Positions 12,880-26,700 of a stretch of 64,000 nucleotides of DNA are shown here, piece by piece. The DNA comes from Azolla caroliniana (Eukaryota > Plantae > Polypodiophyta). Position 1 is the stretch's first letter. Each line of letters begins with the position of its first letter. The notes under the pieces were generated by a model. It did not search any database. It saw only the letters and a list, made by a program, of their open reading frames with translations, and had not been told where the DNA came from. The stretch is from contig JBHGNT010000004.1 in the NCBI GenBank assembly GCA_043228905.1, forward strand, positions 1 to 64,000. Direction: 5' to 3'. Both the position numbers and the translations under genes were made by a program.

Positions 12880-13130
12880 GACTCATAATATAGTTTCCTC
12901 TTTTATGTCAGAGATTTCCCTTCCATACACGACTCATAACACAGTTTCCTCTTCCATGTCAGAGATTTCTCTTCCATACCACACATGTATTCTACCCCGC
13001 AAAACAGATAGCTTCACTTTCATGACAGGCATTTCTCTTCCATACCACAAACATTTTCTCTCCCATAAAACGGACACTTTCTCTTCCATGACACAGACCT
13101 ATACTCTTTCATAACACATAAAATTTTCTC
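12880..13130. repeat. Degenerate tandem repeat, about 51-bp unit, in the 5'UTR intron
   Basis: GACTCATAAYAYAGTTTCCTCTTYYATGTCAGAGATTTCYCTTCCATAC at 12880 and 12931, followed by more diverged copies. Confidence 0.75.
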
Positions 13131-13427
13131 TTCCACTAGAGATATGTTAACTTTCTCGTCAACAGCTCAAAAGAAGAGACTTTACCCTAGGCCAAAATAA
13201 AAGAGACAAACTCCTCAATTTCTGCAGAACAAAATTAGGGCTTGCGAAACAGCAGAAATAAAGTCTGAACCAGGGACCCTAAACACACAAAAAAATGAAG
13301 CGAGTTGTTGCAGAGATTATAATACCTTCGAGAAAATGTTGGGAGTGAGAGTGCGAGGGATTAAAGTTTCTGAGAGATTAGGGTTACAGATCTGGATTGG
13401 GAAGCAGATGAAGAATGAATCTACAAA

Positions 13428-13523
13428 TTTATATTTTATAACATATTTACAAATGTAGGCCTGAGTATTTGTGGCCATGTATGGCCTTTGCCACGTGGCG
13501 CCAGCTTTGTGACTCCACGTGTC
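13428..13523 (-). promoter_or_regulatory. TATA box with paired G-boxes upstream of the DUF760 gene
   Basis: Minus-strand TATAAAATATAAA at about 13428-13441, palindromic GCCACGTGGC at 13490-13499, CCACGTGTC at 13515-13523, just upstream of the inferred first exon (donor at 13325). Confidence 0.65.
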
Positions 13524-14792
13524 CATATGCAATCACCTCTCAACAAACTGAAAATCAGTGAACAAAAAGAAAAATATCCCATGGTAAGGAAGGACAATCT
13601 CGAACCCATTCTCACTGAATAGCCAAACCGAGCCGCCCATCGGAGGGACATGTCCACACACACACACACACACACACACACTCTAAGGGTAGTGTTGTTG
13701 CTCCTCCTCCTCATGATAGTTGGCTCGGTTCGAGAGCCCAAATAGATACCCCATGTTGGGGCTATTCGAGCATTTTCCTGACTGCCTAGTATCCATATTG
13801 ACGTGGCATAGAAGTGTTGGTCGTCAAAGAATCCCAGCGTACGGATTATTACCCTTGCTGAAGTTGGAGGGTGTTTCCCAAGCTAAGCATATACACTTGG
13901 TGGTGCCCATACAATAGTGACTGTTGACGTGCCAGAAAATGTCACCTATGCCAAGTTTAAACTTCAATACTCGCATGGAAACCAATGTTAATGTGGCTCA
14001 GAATATGTGGCCCAAAATAGTGTCAAGTACTAAATTTGAGCTTCCCTCGTTATTTTCTCATGTCCAACTACAAGGCCAAGGCCCCTCTCAAGAAAGTGCT
14101 TTTCCACTAAGGCTATGTATGCTAAGACTACATCCATGTGTGAATATGCATATAGACATGAAAAAAATCCATGTTCATAGAAATGTTGGGAGAAATTTGT
14201 CATTATTTTTGTAAGATGAAGAGATGTCAAGCTACTATGCCCACTCAAAAAATATAAAATTGGGGATATTACTAAAGCTAGATGAAGGTCAATATGTAGA
14301 CATATGACAAACAACCTTGACAAATCCAAGGATTTGAACATGCATAATTAGAAAAGTACAAAGTAATATCACATGATTTTGATTATTTAGTCATTTACAA
14401 GAAGACACGTGATGACAGATCGTACGTTTACAACAGAACAATATCCACAAATGGATATATGATCATATCCAATCTAACTAAAAATTGGTTTGAGGTCATC
14501 TCCAACATACAAAACCTTTGAAACAAGACCTCCACAAAATAAGCCTTATGGGTAGTAGAGTTATTGGCTGAAGAAGAGAAAATTTAAAATATATATGGGG
14601 TTTACGGAGGAAGAGGTTGCAAATAATACATTATCTTTTTCCCATTCTTTTCTGGATAAAGATTTCTTGGAATTCCGTGTCCTTGTGAATCGATTTGGTT
14701 TAAGATCATGATAGACGAAATAATCATGACCATGATAAAAGAAACTGTCCATGATCATGATAGAAAAGATCATCATCATAATAGAAGAACTC

Positions 14793-17700
14793 TTATGCTG
14801 CTACTAGTTGAAATGGTGCCATCGGTTCTGTCCGCAATGTTGACCCTGATCGCTCTGGTGGCCAATATCTGTATACTGATCTGCCAACGATATTCTTTAT
14901 TGGCAATGGACCCCTGTTTCCAATCCATAAACAATGAGGATATGTGAATAGGCAAAGCTATATTACAACAAAAAGATACCTTATTTGCAAATGTTGCCAT
15001 TTATTTGATCACTTAAATGAATAGCAATCTATATTATAACAAAGATAGTTAGTTGCAGATGTAAGTATTTATGTACCACTTATGTGAGTCGTAACTGTGA
15101 TTTCGATTATCGCCCATCACAAAAACACAACCTTTGGGGACATGCTATAGAAGAAAACCAAAGTTCAATTGGTAGGTACATGACTTCAATGAAATGATAA
15201 TGTGGGAAAGAAGAAAACAACTGCTTACCATTGTCTTCATTTCATACGTAGGAGGCTCTGCAATGAACTCTTCAATACGAGCAATCCCATTCACAAAAAG
15301 CTCACCGCTTCGTACCTGGAATTATATGAAACAGTTGAAACGCAGCATATGCCCTCAATTATTACTCCAGAAAATCTCATATATGAGCTCATCAAAAGCA
15401 TTCAATGCTATTAATAAGTTGTCAATTCATGTAAGATCCAGCACTGCATTTTCTAATTCCATTTACATTTATAGATATATATGTATAGGCAGGTTTAGAA
15501 TCTAAGATACTACATGCAATTTATGGAAACCCAATAACATAAATAAACGTACAGAACTCATGAGAACACAAGCAATCAATGAAAGATTTTCACAAATGTT
15601 TTCTAGCAATAAAATTGTATTGGTAATGGGAAACCCTAAATGGGAGGTGAAATTTTCATAATAGAAAATATTACAAAGAAGGTGACAACATCCTTGATAG
15701 AAAAATTGTAAAGATTTAGCCCTTCCCACAATTCGGTATGGTTTACAAATCATTTTGAAAGTGAAAGAGAGTACCTCCACAGAATCCCCTGCTTTAGCCA
15801 CTACTCTTTTGATAAGCACGGTCCCACCAGTATAACCTTGTTCCTAACATCGGGAAAGTACACATGGTCATTATCGTACTAAAGAAAATCCTCAACAACA
15901 AGCATGAAAAAAGAAACACACCTGTAAAGCTGATGGAGCGTTGAAAATAACAATGTCATTGATTCCGGGCTGTTTAAAATAATAGGACACCTGTAAAGGA
16001 AATATATTTACAGAATAACGAAGCTTAGAATAAAGAGCAACAAACTCATTTTCATGATCTTATGAACACATTGTTTTCTGAAATGAGATTTACAATATAA
16101 TAATACGCTCTTAGACACAGTTCATGAAACCTATCCAGATGTACAAAAGGAATACATATGATAATAAGCAGGTTTAGTGAGAAGAAGAAAGAACCCTACT
16201 CATGCCTTCAGCATGCCTTGAGGGCCAATAGAACGTCAAGTCAAAAACATAATAATCATTTAGGCAAATTCACACTTGATTTCATAATTGACAAAAAAGC
16301 TTAAGAGTGTCAAAGTATTTTGTCTAAGTAGCACATAATAGACAGGTGTAACTAGATTTTTTACCTTTGGTTTAAAAATCTTCAATTCTTCATTCGCTCT
16401 GCGAGATTAACTATACAACTTAAACTTGCTGAGCCATTTACTGACTTAGGTAAGTTCATACATGTTATCCTTGAGGTTTAAATGAGGTTGTTCATCAGCT
16501 TATATTCATTTTCCTTCATGTTTGGATTGCAAATTTAGCTCTGTTGTGAGATGTTTCTCCATTGCTCTGTTGCTCTGTTATCCCTTGAAAAAACTTGATC
16601 ATCACCTGATAATCCTCCCAATTCTCTGTTTCCCTTTTTCCATTCACTATATTTTCATTCGGGCAGCATAAGCAATGTGTTCATGATCATATCCTTGGGC
16701 AGTACCCCAAAAGCTTACCTTTGGCTGTGTATGTGTGCTTGAATTTCTTATAATAGTGTGTACACAATAACTTGTAGTCGACAATATATAAACTACAAAA
16801 GTGTTTACATTCATGCTTGATTACTTCATCAAATGCACATAAACTGAGTAATAAAAGAGAAGACAAAATGCTTACCTGTATGCTTAATTTCTTCATCAAG
16901 TGCATATACAGTAACTAATAAAAAAAATGCCATCTCAACTACAAAAGCATTTACCTGCACACTTGATTTCTTCAAAAGTGCACATGCACGTAGTTAAACG
17001 GAAAAAAAAACAAATACAAAATGCTTGCATACATATGAAAACAATGTCTGAAAGATAGAAAGAAAGATCAAACAAAAGAAATTACCTTTTCTGCAATGAT
17101 ACGATCGCCAACATGGAAGGTTGGATACATGGACTTAGACGGGATAAACCTAAGTTCCGCAACGAACCATTGGAATGCTGTAGCTAAAACATTTGTGGGC
17201 AGCATACCCTTATTTCCCGAAGTAAGATTGATGTTTGCTGTGCTTGATTTGAGAGCTTTCAAATGAGATGGGAAAGGATTTCGGTTCACTTCACCTCGGT
17301 CAGTGTTCTTATTCCAATACATATTCGAAACGTGCTTCTCAGCTCTCGAAGCTTCCAAGCCTGAAATGGTTTTTTGTGTTCCATTACTCTGAGACGTATT
17401 GCATGTGGGTATTTCCTCTCTGGATGTTCCTGAGCTTGAGAATCTCCTTTGGGTTTCATTTCTCTGAATCGTTTTGAATACACATATTTTCTCTTCCAAA
17501 CCCGAAAAGCTTTGAGCTCCAGTTTCCTGGTACATTTCTGATGTAGGTCTTTCTTCTTCCAAGATCGAAAAGCTTTCCAAAGTTGCTCTGGCAACTTGAA
17601 TATTTGTTTGGAAATCTGATGAGATAACCCTAAAACATTCATGGCAAGGAAGCCATTTGAAGAAAGTTCGAAACAGGGGCATATTCGAGCATGTCGGGAT

Positions 17701-18150
17701 AGGAGAAAACCCTAACTTCTGAGAAGAGTAATTTTGATGCGAAGGAGAGTCAGAAAACACCAATTTCTGGTGGTTCTGAGGAGGTGAAGAAGCTAATGTC
17801 CGATAATTTCTCTGTATAGATCCCAGATGTTTCATCCTGTCCGGAGAAGCTAATGTCCGGCCATCGAAATCCGCAAACCCTAAAGATTTTCTTACATGAG
17901 GATCCCGATGGGGATTTGCCGAGGTGTGCCAGGCTCTGATAAAGTCTTCTCTTGTGGAAGCAGGAGAAGGAGAAGGAGAGGAAGAGAAAATTCTGACCTT
18001 TGTTGACTGAATCAATGGTGATGGAGAAGAACAGGAATCATGAGAAGAGGAGGAGGAGGAGGAGAAAGAATAAGAAGTAATCGTGCATAGTTTGTAAAGA
18101 GAATTGATGAGGAGTGAGGAGGATCGAGGAGCCAATGCTTGAGACGCCAT
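14793..18150 (-). CDS. Type I signal peptidase (S26A), thylakoidal processing peptidase-like, 6 exons, about 492 aa
   Basis: Exons 18150-17086, 15990-15922, 15843-15775, 15315-15229, 15144-15077, 14913-14793. Catalytic Ser box [25 protein letters not shown], catalytic Lys in LIKRVVA, then [34 protein letters not shown]. Confidence 0.93.
16705..16990. repeat. Degenerate tandem repeat, about 75-80-bp unit x4, in signal peptidase intron 1
   Basis: Recurring AAAA(G/T)GCTTACCTG...CTTGATTTCTTCATCAAGTGCA units near 16710, 16795, 16866 and 16944. Confidence 0.65.
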
Positions 18151-18392
18151 GGAGAGGATTCTTCGAAGAGAAGGGAAGAAGTAACGAAGCAGGGTGAGAG
18201 AGAGAGAGAGAGAGAGAGAAAGGTTTCTCTGCTTAAGCGATGGAAGAACGAACGGTGTGAGACACCCTTCTCTGCGTCAGTCACGCCATGGCAATGGCAG
18301 AACAGGAGGAAGTTGCAGCACTTCGGAGCCGAAGAAAGAGAAGGAAAGAGTCAACAAGCCGCAAAGAAATATGTATAATTTTACACTGACCT

Positions 18393-18465
18393 TGCTATGG
18401 CTAATGGCTAATGGCTAATGGCTATGGGCCATGGCTAATAGCTAATGGCTGTGGCTATGGCTAGC
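18393..18465. repeat. (ATGGCTA)n heptamer-like microsatellite upstream of the signal peptidase
   Basis: About ten imperfect TGGCTA(A) units seen directly, next to GA/CT tracts. Confidence 0.8.
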
Positions 18466-20720
18466 ATTGCACACACTTGGGACAAATCTCTCTCTCTCTC
18501 TCTCCGTGGAGCTGCTTTTGAGCCTTTTGCCCATACTGCTCCAGGGCTTCGATGTTTGTTGGCTTGTTTAGGTTCGGCCTCGCTCTATGGTAAACCTTGG
18601 ATGCCCGGTGCACTTTGGATCCATTGAGTTCCCAATACCATAGGGCTTTGGATGTTTGTTGATGCTTGGTTGTATGGTAGGTCGTGGACGTACGTTGAGT
18701 TGTTAAGCATTGTTTACATCATTTAGGCCTAGGACACTTTGGTGTGTTGTAGATCTTCAGCTATATCATTGGCCCTAGGACACTTGTAGACTCATATAGC
18801 TTTGGATACATCTAAGTAGGTAATGGACATCTATTGGATTTGTTGAGAACTCATCATACAAATGTTGTGAACATTGGCCGAGCTTTTAAGATTCGGCTAT
18901 GTAGTAGGCCTAGGACATACATTGACCTAAGAATAAGCTATCAATGCATGAATAGAGTTTGGATGTATATTGAGTTGTATGCATGCTAGCATAGCATAGC
19001 ATTTGGATGTAGATTCAATAGGCCTTGGATGCATGTTGAGGTGTTGAGCTCTATCTATACACTAGTCTTTGGATATACATTGAATTTTTGAGGTTTTGTT
19101 GTATAGGGAATGCCATCTCATAGTTGGGTGTACATTGACATTTCATGTGTTTGTAGCCATGATGAGGAGCAAACTTCTTGGTTGTTCTAAGTTTCAATGT
19201 TGTGTTGAGATTCTTACTTGTCTCTTCTTAGCGTGCCTTGTTGGCTTCAATAATGTATTAAACTCAAATTCTTTGTACATGATCTCCTATTTATGTGGAA
19301 CTATACTAGCACCTTGGCATGTTTTGCATCAAAGTTCCATCTTGGGCTCTAATAGTGAGATGAATGATCCGTCTAACTGGAACCATAAGAGTCAACGTTT
19401 TTTATGATATGAGCAATTTGAGTTCAAAGTAAGAGTTGTCTCTTGTTCTAGATTTGTCTATAGGTTCATTGAAGTTTTTTGAAAACATATTATTCATTTA
19501 TTTTGGCTATTTGCTCCACTCATAATTGTTCTTATAACTTTTTTCTAGCTTATTTAAATATTCAATTTCCTTTCTTTGTTCAATAGTGGAAATGTCAATT
19601 TGACAGACTTCTCTAAATCCTAGACAGTTCAAGGGAAACAATAAAAAATACTTGTTCAATTATTGCATCTTCCAAAACACCCCTATGTTTTCATCATTTC
19701 TTTGAATGACTAGTGCCACGTCCTCAAAGGAAGAAAAAAGAGACATACATATAGTATGTCCCTTAAACAGCAAATTTATTTGAGACAAATGGAACGACTT
19801 GATTTTATCACTACTCAAATAGTATGTGTGATTGTTCTTTCAAGTCAAGGGTTGATCAAGGGCATCAAAGCAAATAATGAAAATTTCACATGCGTCAAGA
19901 AATAAAGAAAATCTCAGGAATATTTCAGAGTTTTAACACTTGATTAAATTTGGACAATTTTATTTATTTGAGATATATCACCATCATCAAGATATTTAGC
20001 ACACATCAACGCATTTTAAGCTATCCATATATCTCTTTTCTTGAGATTTGGTCACATTTTTTTCGCTTTCTTTAGTATGTTCTATCATGTTTATGTCCAC
20101 CTTTGCGTACTTTCTTAGCATCACATGATTGAAAGGAGAATGTTATTGTGGATACACTTTCTTATTACACTACCATTTATAGGGGGCATGTGCATGAGAC
20201 TATACAATCAACAAGTAAATCAATAGGAAAAATAAGACGACCAATTTGTTTTATACCAAAACATCCTTCATGTGCACCAAATCATGCATGAGAAACAAAG
20301 ACAAATCATCCAATAAGAGAAACAAAAACGGACAGCGATCTTGATCTTCCACTATCCTCGTTTACCAAAAATGGTTGGCCAGCATTCCCTTTGACATCAA
20401 GATGGAAAGTAAACAAGAAAGCATTAATAACTCTAGGAGCTGCAATGAGAGACATTTTTAAGTTAATTTACACCCAGGGATCCAAAGGTTGTATTCATTC
20501 ATCCCCAGGAAATGCATCCATGGCGTCTCACAATGATGGTAAAATGCATCCAATGAGTTCGAGGATGGATAAATGCATTGCCTCGTTTGTAAGCTTTGCA
20601 CTTCATTTGACTCTCACGGCCACCAGTAATACCAAAAGCCTGATATAGGTTAACCTTTAGTAAAGAAGCCAGATACCCTACTGTGAAGACTTAGGGTTTT
20701 AGGGTTACAGAACTCTAAAC

Positions 20721-23700
20721 TCAATTGTCCCATTGTGAAGGTCCTCCCACTCCTATGTTTACTTCCTCTACAGATACAAAAAATGGAGAACCTTTCTTGA
20801 AATTCCGACTTGCCTTTTCTTGTCGAATATGCTTTTTTTTGTTTGTTATTGATACTACTCCACTGTCATCTTTCATTGGTTTCTCCTTTTCTTTTGCATC
20901 CACTGGTTGAGTTGAGTCTTCTTGTTGCATAATAAGGTCAAAAAATGGTTTTTCTTCTATATCATCACGTGTACAAACTTTCTGATCTTTCGTATTATCC
21001 TCTATCATATCTGAAACTGCCTTCCCATCATCCTTTCTATTAGATTTTCTTTTCTTGCCATGTCCTTTTCCATCTTCACTTTCATCAAATTTCCTCACCA
21101 TTTGCATATTAGGAGAAAGGTTCCCCTTTGGGTACTTATTCTTCCTATCCCTTTGCAACAAATGCCCATCAAGAACAGACAAATGAGGCAGCAGCTTCTT
21201 CACCTGTCTCAATCATAATAATAGATAAGAAATTTTACATGAAAATAACAATAATAATAATAATAAATCAGCAATTTCACATAACCGGCACAACAAAGCA
21301 ATTACACCATTCTAATATGCATGCTGCCACCTTAAGATACATTATTCAGAGAAAGACTTTGCCAAACTTTCCTATTAAGAAGACCATTTTGGTAATCTTC
21401 CACTAATATTGATAGGATCATTATTAATATTTTTGAGAATATCAAGTTCATTTGATACTTTCCATAATTCTGGGTAAATTTAATAATGTTCCATTCATTG
21501 TGGATGAAACATACTATTACATAAGAGCCAGTAAACTTCAAGGTATTTACCTCATCCTCATATGTAAGTTCTGAACAAAGAGGATTTCCACGTAGATTAA
21601 GGTTCTCTAAGCTAGGTAAGACATTAAGCACCTGAAATGCCAACATAAGCTTTAACAAATAAGCCTTCTAGAAAGACGACGTGAAATGGCCAGAAACTGT
21701 TTGCACACATACATGAATTTTAGATAATGTCTCTAAACAATTGTTACCCAAGTCTAGAATTCGCAATTGCATCCCTCCAAGGACATCTGGTAGAATCTGA
21801 ACAAATAAGATATTTGGATTAACAGTCAGTAACTTTTGAGCTATCAAACACTACTATATACTTGAATGAAAATTTCAAACATTGCAATGCAAAATCTGTA
21901 AGGAAAGGCAAAATAGATGGTAGACATTCGATTAGCAAAAACGAAATAGGATTCTGACGTACAGTGATTTTGTTATGTGCAAGCCGCAATTCTTTCAGTG
22001 CAACTAAACCTTTCAGCCAATCAAGATCTTGCAGCTGACAATCTGACAATGAAAGCTACATAAAACCAAAGTTACTAAATCCTGCTTTTCATCTTTCACT
22101 CCATACAAAAAGTCTATACTTTTCATAAACAGCTACTTGCAAAAGTAACCAGAAACATTATTTGATTTCACATATTCAATCACAAGTACTTAACTTATTT
22201 ACTGCAATCTATACGTTGGATTTTGGTTATGTTTATCTTCTTATATAACTTTCGTAAGGTCAAGATACAAGAGACCTAGTGGACGTATCAGCAAGACATC
22301 TAGGAGAGGAGTGATACGTAGTTTGTAAAATAGTGCACAGTCTATAGTTAAATCATAAACCCTAACAACTTTCTTATAAGGAGGTACCATTTTTTATTAT
22401 ATAAATCATAAATCCTAACACCTCTCTTATATTGGTTTTAGCAGTTTACGGTTTGTGAAGCTTGAAAAAGCAACTTAAGTAACTTGCATGGTAATTTTTT
22501 ATTATATAAACCATAAACCCTAATACCTCTCTTATAAGTGCCTTACATGGTGTTTTTTTGGGCTGCAATCTATACATTGGATTTTGGTTATGCTTATCTT
22601 CTTATAAACTCTCATAAGGTCAAGACACAAGAGATCTAGAGGAGGTAAGCAAGACATCTAGGAGACGGTGATACGTAGTTTGTCAAATAGTGTGCAGTCT
22701 ATAGTTCTATCGCTCTTTTATTGAAGTCCATAGAACCTACATGATACACTTAAATTGTTCTCATAGTTCAAAATTAACCTCAAATAGATCTTTTACATCT
22801 AGGCCTCTTCTTGCCTCCTTCTGTCTCTGTCTCTCTCTCACATACACAAAATGCAACAGTCAAGAAGGAACCTTTGTCAGAGAAGTTGATCTTTTCAATG
22901 CTGTTCCTGGACTGGAAATTGGATTTCTTGATAATACTACATCAAAATCAACCCAACACATATAAGCCAAGATCTTCTTTGTTCTTCATTTTAAAATGTT
23001 GCAGATTACTGGACACATGACAATGTACAAGGACAAAGAATGCAAACAAACAGGAGAAACAGGTAGCTTTATACTGACAGGTAAGATGGGAGAAAATGGT
23101 GATGCTTTCTAGCAGTGTAGAAGGGGAGACGTAAGTAAAGTGAAGTTTTCTTATTCAATGTCTCCTCCTGGAGTCTCTTTACACTTCTGTTCAGTTTCTT
23201 CACTCATATTGGAACGCATAATTGCTAGTCTACCATTTTTTTCAAATTTGCTTCAGATTAAACAGGGTGCTTCATTGATTACATTTCTAGACACCAAATC
23301 ATTCAACCCGGTAAACTTGTCTAGGGTCTTTACAATCTCTGGCCTCAGGTTAAACTTACCCAGCCCATGCCTCGGATAAAACCCAATGCATACATGGCAA
23401 AAATCCTGCTAATTTATACAATGTAAATCTTAAAATCACCTTTTGCCTAATCACGAATAGGAGGTAATTCTCAATCATTTTTAGTTGAAAATTTCCAAGG
23501 TACTTTAGGTATTTATTTTCATTATTTAGAACTTTTATAATCTAAAAACAAAAAAGGAACTTAATGATTATATATTATATGCATGTGATTTTCCTCCCAA
23601 AATGTGAACGATGGTAGTAATCAGCAACCATTCAGTTTGAGGCAAAACCAAACCATAAAGTGCAGTTTAACTGCTTATTGGCCTATACTGTTTACTTTGG

Positions 23701-26700
23701 TTGGGTTTGGGTGTTAACATTTCTGTTTGAAAGTGTATTGGTTTTAGCAGTTTACGGCTTATGAAGCTTGAAACAGCAGCTTAAGCGACTTATATGGTCA
23801 TTTTTTATTATATAGATCATAAACACTAACATTTCTCTTATAAGTAATCTCTTATATGTTTTCATATACTAGTACATATTTTTCCATATTTTGAAAATTC
23901 ATGCTTTTCAGTTTAATTTTTTAAGCAAATTTGCTAAACAGTTTAAATGGTTTATGATCTAAAGTCAGGTTTTAAACAATTCGTTTTAAATAGTTTCGAG
24001 GTTTGGTTTGGTGTAAGTTTCAATTTTTTAAACGAATTGAGTTTGAGACTCCCAAACCAGTTTGAGCCAAACCAAACCGTTGCCAATTGCTAAATGATAG
24101 TACTCCAAATGACTGTAATCCACAATTTGTATTTCAATTCTTAACTTCATGAAGGCTTCATGAAGCAAATGCATGAAAATAGTTTTCCAATTATACCAAA
24201 AAATGTGTATAAGGAAAATTGAGAATTACCAAGAGTGTTGAGAGATGTTAAGTTCTTGAGCTTGGAAATTGAATGGATTTTGTTGTCTGTAAAATAAACC
24301 CAAGGACATTATCTGTAGAAAGACTCCGACAATTCTTTTCTTTATGAGCAGAAAAGGAGATTACCATTCAAGATGAGAGCACACAAGTTAGATAACTTTT
24401 CCACCTCCTTCATGGAGTTAATCTGATTTCTACTACCATTGAGTACCTAAATGTTTATATATTTTAATGAAATGGTCAAACCTTCTAAGATTTTTTGATT
24501 CAAGTCAATATCTAGCCATAGAAATGGCCTATATACTCACTGAGAGATGAATGAGTGTTTCAACACCATGCAAAGACTTCAATTCATTTTGTGCAACAGA
24601 AATCCATTTCAGATTTTTGCAGCTTGATAGACCCTGATTAATAAAAAGAAAAAGCAAGTCAATTTTCACAAGATTACTTCATTTACTACATCCCCAATCC
24701 ATTTTCTTAGAAAAAAAATTTATTAGAAAATTCATTCTACATGAACCAATGCAACGATGTCAAACTTTATTCTACTTAATGCAGGAAAGATGTGTGCAGA
24801 TAAATAAATACATGTATACACACATTTACATTTATTGTGCATGCATATCTACATGTATATAGGGTATTTTCAGTTATATTAGATCAATTATTAACTTTTT
24901 GGTGGGATTTTACCCCAGATCTAATGGGTACAACCAGTATGGAACATGACAGAATGTGTGCCACATATCAAACATGAACAACCATGTAAATAGACAGAAC
25001 ATCCAACAAATAGGATGATAACAATGAAAATGATCAGCATTATACTCTAGCACATGTGATGATGACCATGTTTCAAATGGCAAGCCTCATGAACCAAATC
25101 TGAACCATGCCACCACAAAGAATTACGCATAAGCCAATTGAAAAATCAAGGAAATTGTGATAATAGAACAGGGAGGACGATTGTGGTCCTCACATGTGAT
25201 GAAATGGTTCAATAACAGTGGACTCAACATTGAAAAGTTGTCACCAATCTAATACCGTAGACCTCTCTAGAATGGCAAAAGGAACAATTTTCTGTGGCAA
25301 TACCTATTATTACGAATAGAAATATTGATGATATGTGATGAATATTTAGATTAAGAACCAAATCATTTAAAAGAGCTTAACCACACTAACTACCCCCAGG
25401 CAAAGGACAAAGGTCGAACAGAAATGGTCATCGGTGTCATATACCACCAAACACGACCATATGTTATACATTGGAAGTTGAGATCAACGGATCCAAAAGA
25501 AGATAACCGTGCCTCACTAATACAGTCTCAACAGTCTCTCAAACTACCATTATGATGGAGGTAGCTATTCCCATTTATATAGCCCAACACCTTGAGCTAC
25601 CAAACCACCATGAGTTCCCATGTGTCATAAGTTCTTATGAGTTTGTCCCAAGTCCTAGAACATTTAGTTTCCCATTTATCCTACCTGCAAACCATTAAAA
25701 TTAGCTTTAGAATTGGTTCATATAGTTATGCCTATACATATATAGCAATATTATACCCAAACGACTTAGATAACACCAAGAGGGCCTCTTCCCAAAAAGC
25801 AGCATAGTACAAATACCTAACAATCAGCAACAGTTCGGTTCAGTTCTGTTCAATTCAAGATCGTCAAACTCAAACTGTTTAAAACCGAGCCGTCAAAAAA
25901 ATAAAATGGAAACTCGAAGCAAACCACAAAATTGTTTAAACAGAAATCGTACAAACCAAACTGTTACAAAAAATCCAAGCTCAAACCAAACAATTTAGAG
26001 ATTTTCAAACATTTAAACCATTAAAACTGCGGCTTCACGGTTCGGTTTTGTTTTCATGTTAGGTTCATTTTTCAATTTTTCAATTTTTCATAATTTAATT
26101 TTCAAAATTCAAAATTTTAAAGATTTTCCTAAAATGTCAGAATTAGGCTTAAGAATTAAAAGGTTGTTCAAAAAAATAAACAAGAAAATATTTAACAAAA
26201 TAATCAAGTGTCAACCCTAAATCATTAAATTGTTTAAACCATGGTTTCAAAGCGTTTAAACCATTAACTTGTTAACCCATGGTTTCGCAGTTTGATTTTG
26301 GTCAAACTGAACTGTTGTTGATTGCTACAAATACAATTTCATGAGCTTCTCAAAGGATGGATTACAAAGATCCACATACATGAACACCTATATGCCCCAT
26401 AGAGCTCGCAAAACTCTAGGACAACTCATAAGTCTTTATAGAGAAGACAAGGCATAACTAAAAGAGTGGTAAAGATAGACACAAAAAAAGCGACAACAAG
26501 AGTGGAGGGCAGTTTTTCTCAACTCTTGTCGCTGTATTTCTGAAGGGTGAACATGCCTATAAAATGGGGTCTTTCTTTAGGGGGAAGAAAACAAGCCAAA
26601 GTCATATCACACATTTTTTGGAGGTTCAACAAGGCTACAACGTGGCAACAAAGTAGAGGTACTGGTTTTTCTTGCAGGCATTGTACAACAAGATGTAGAG

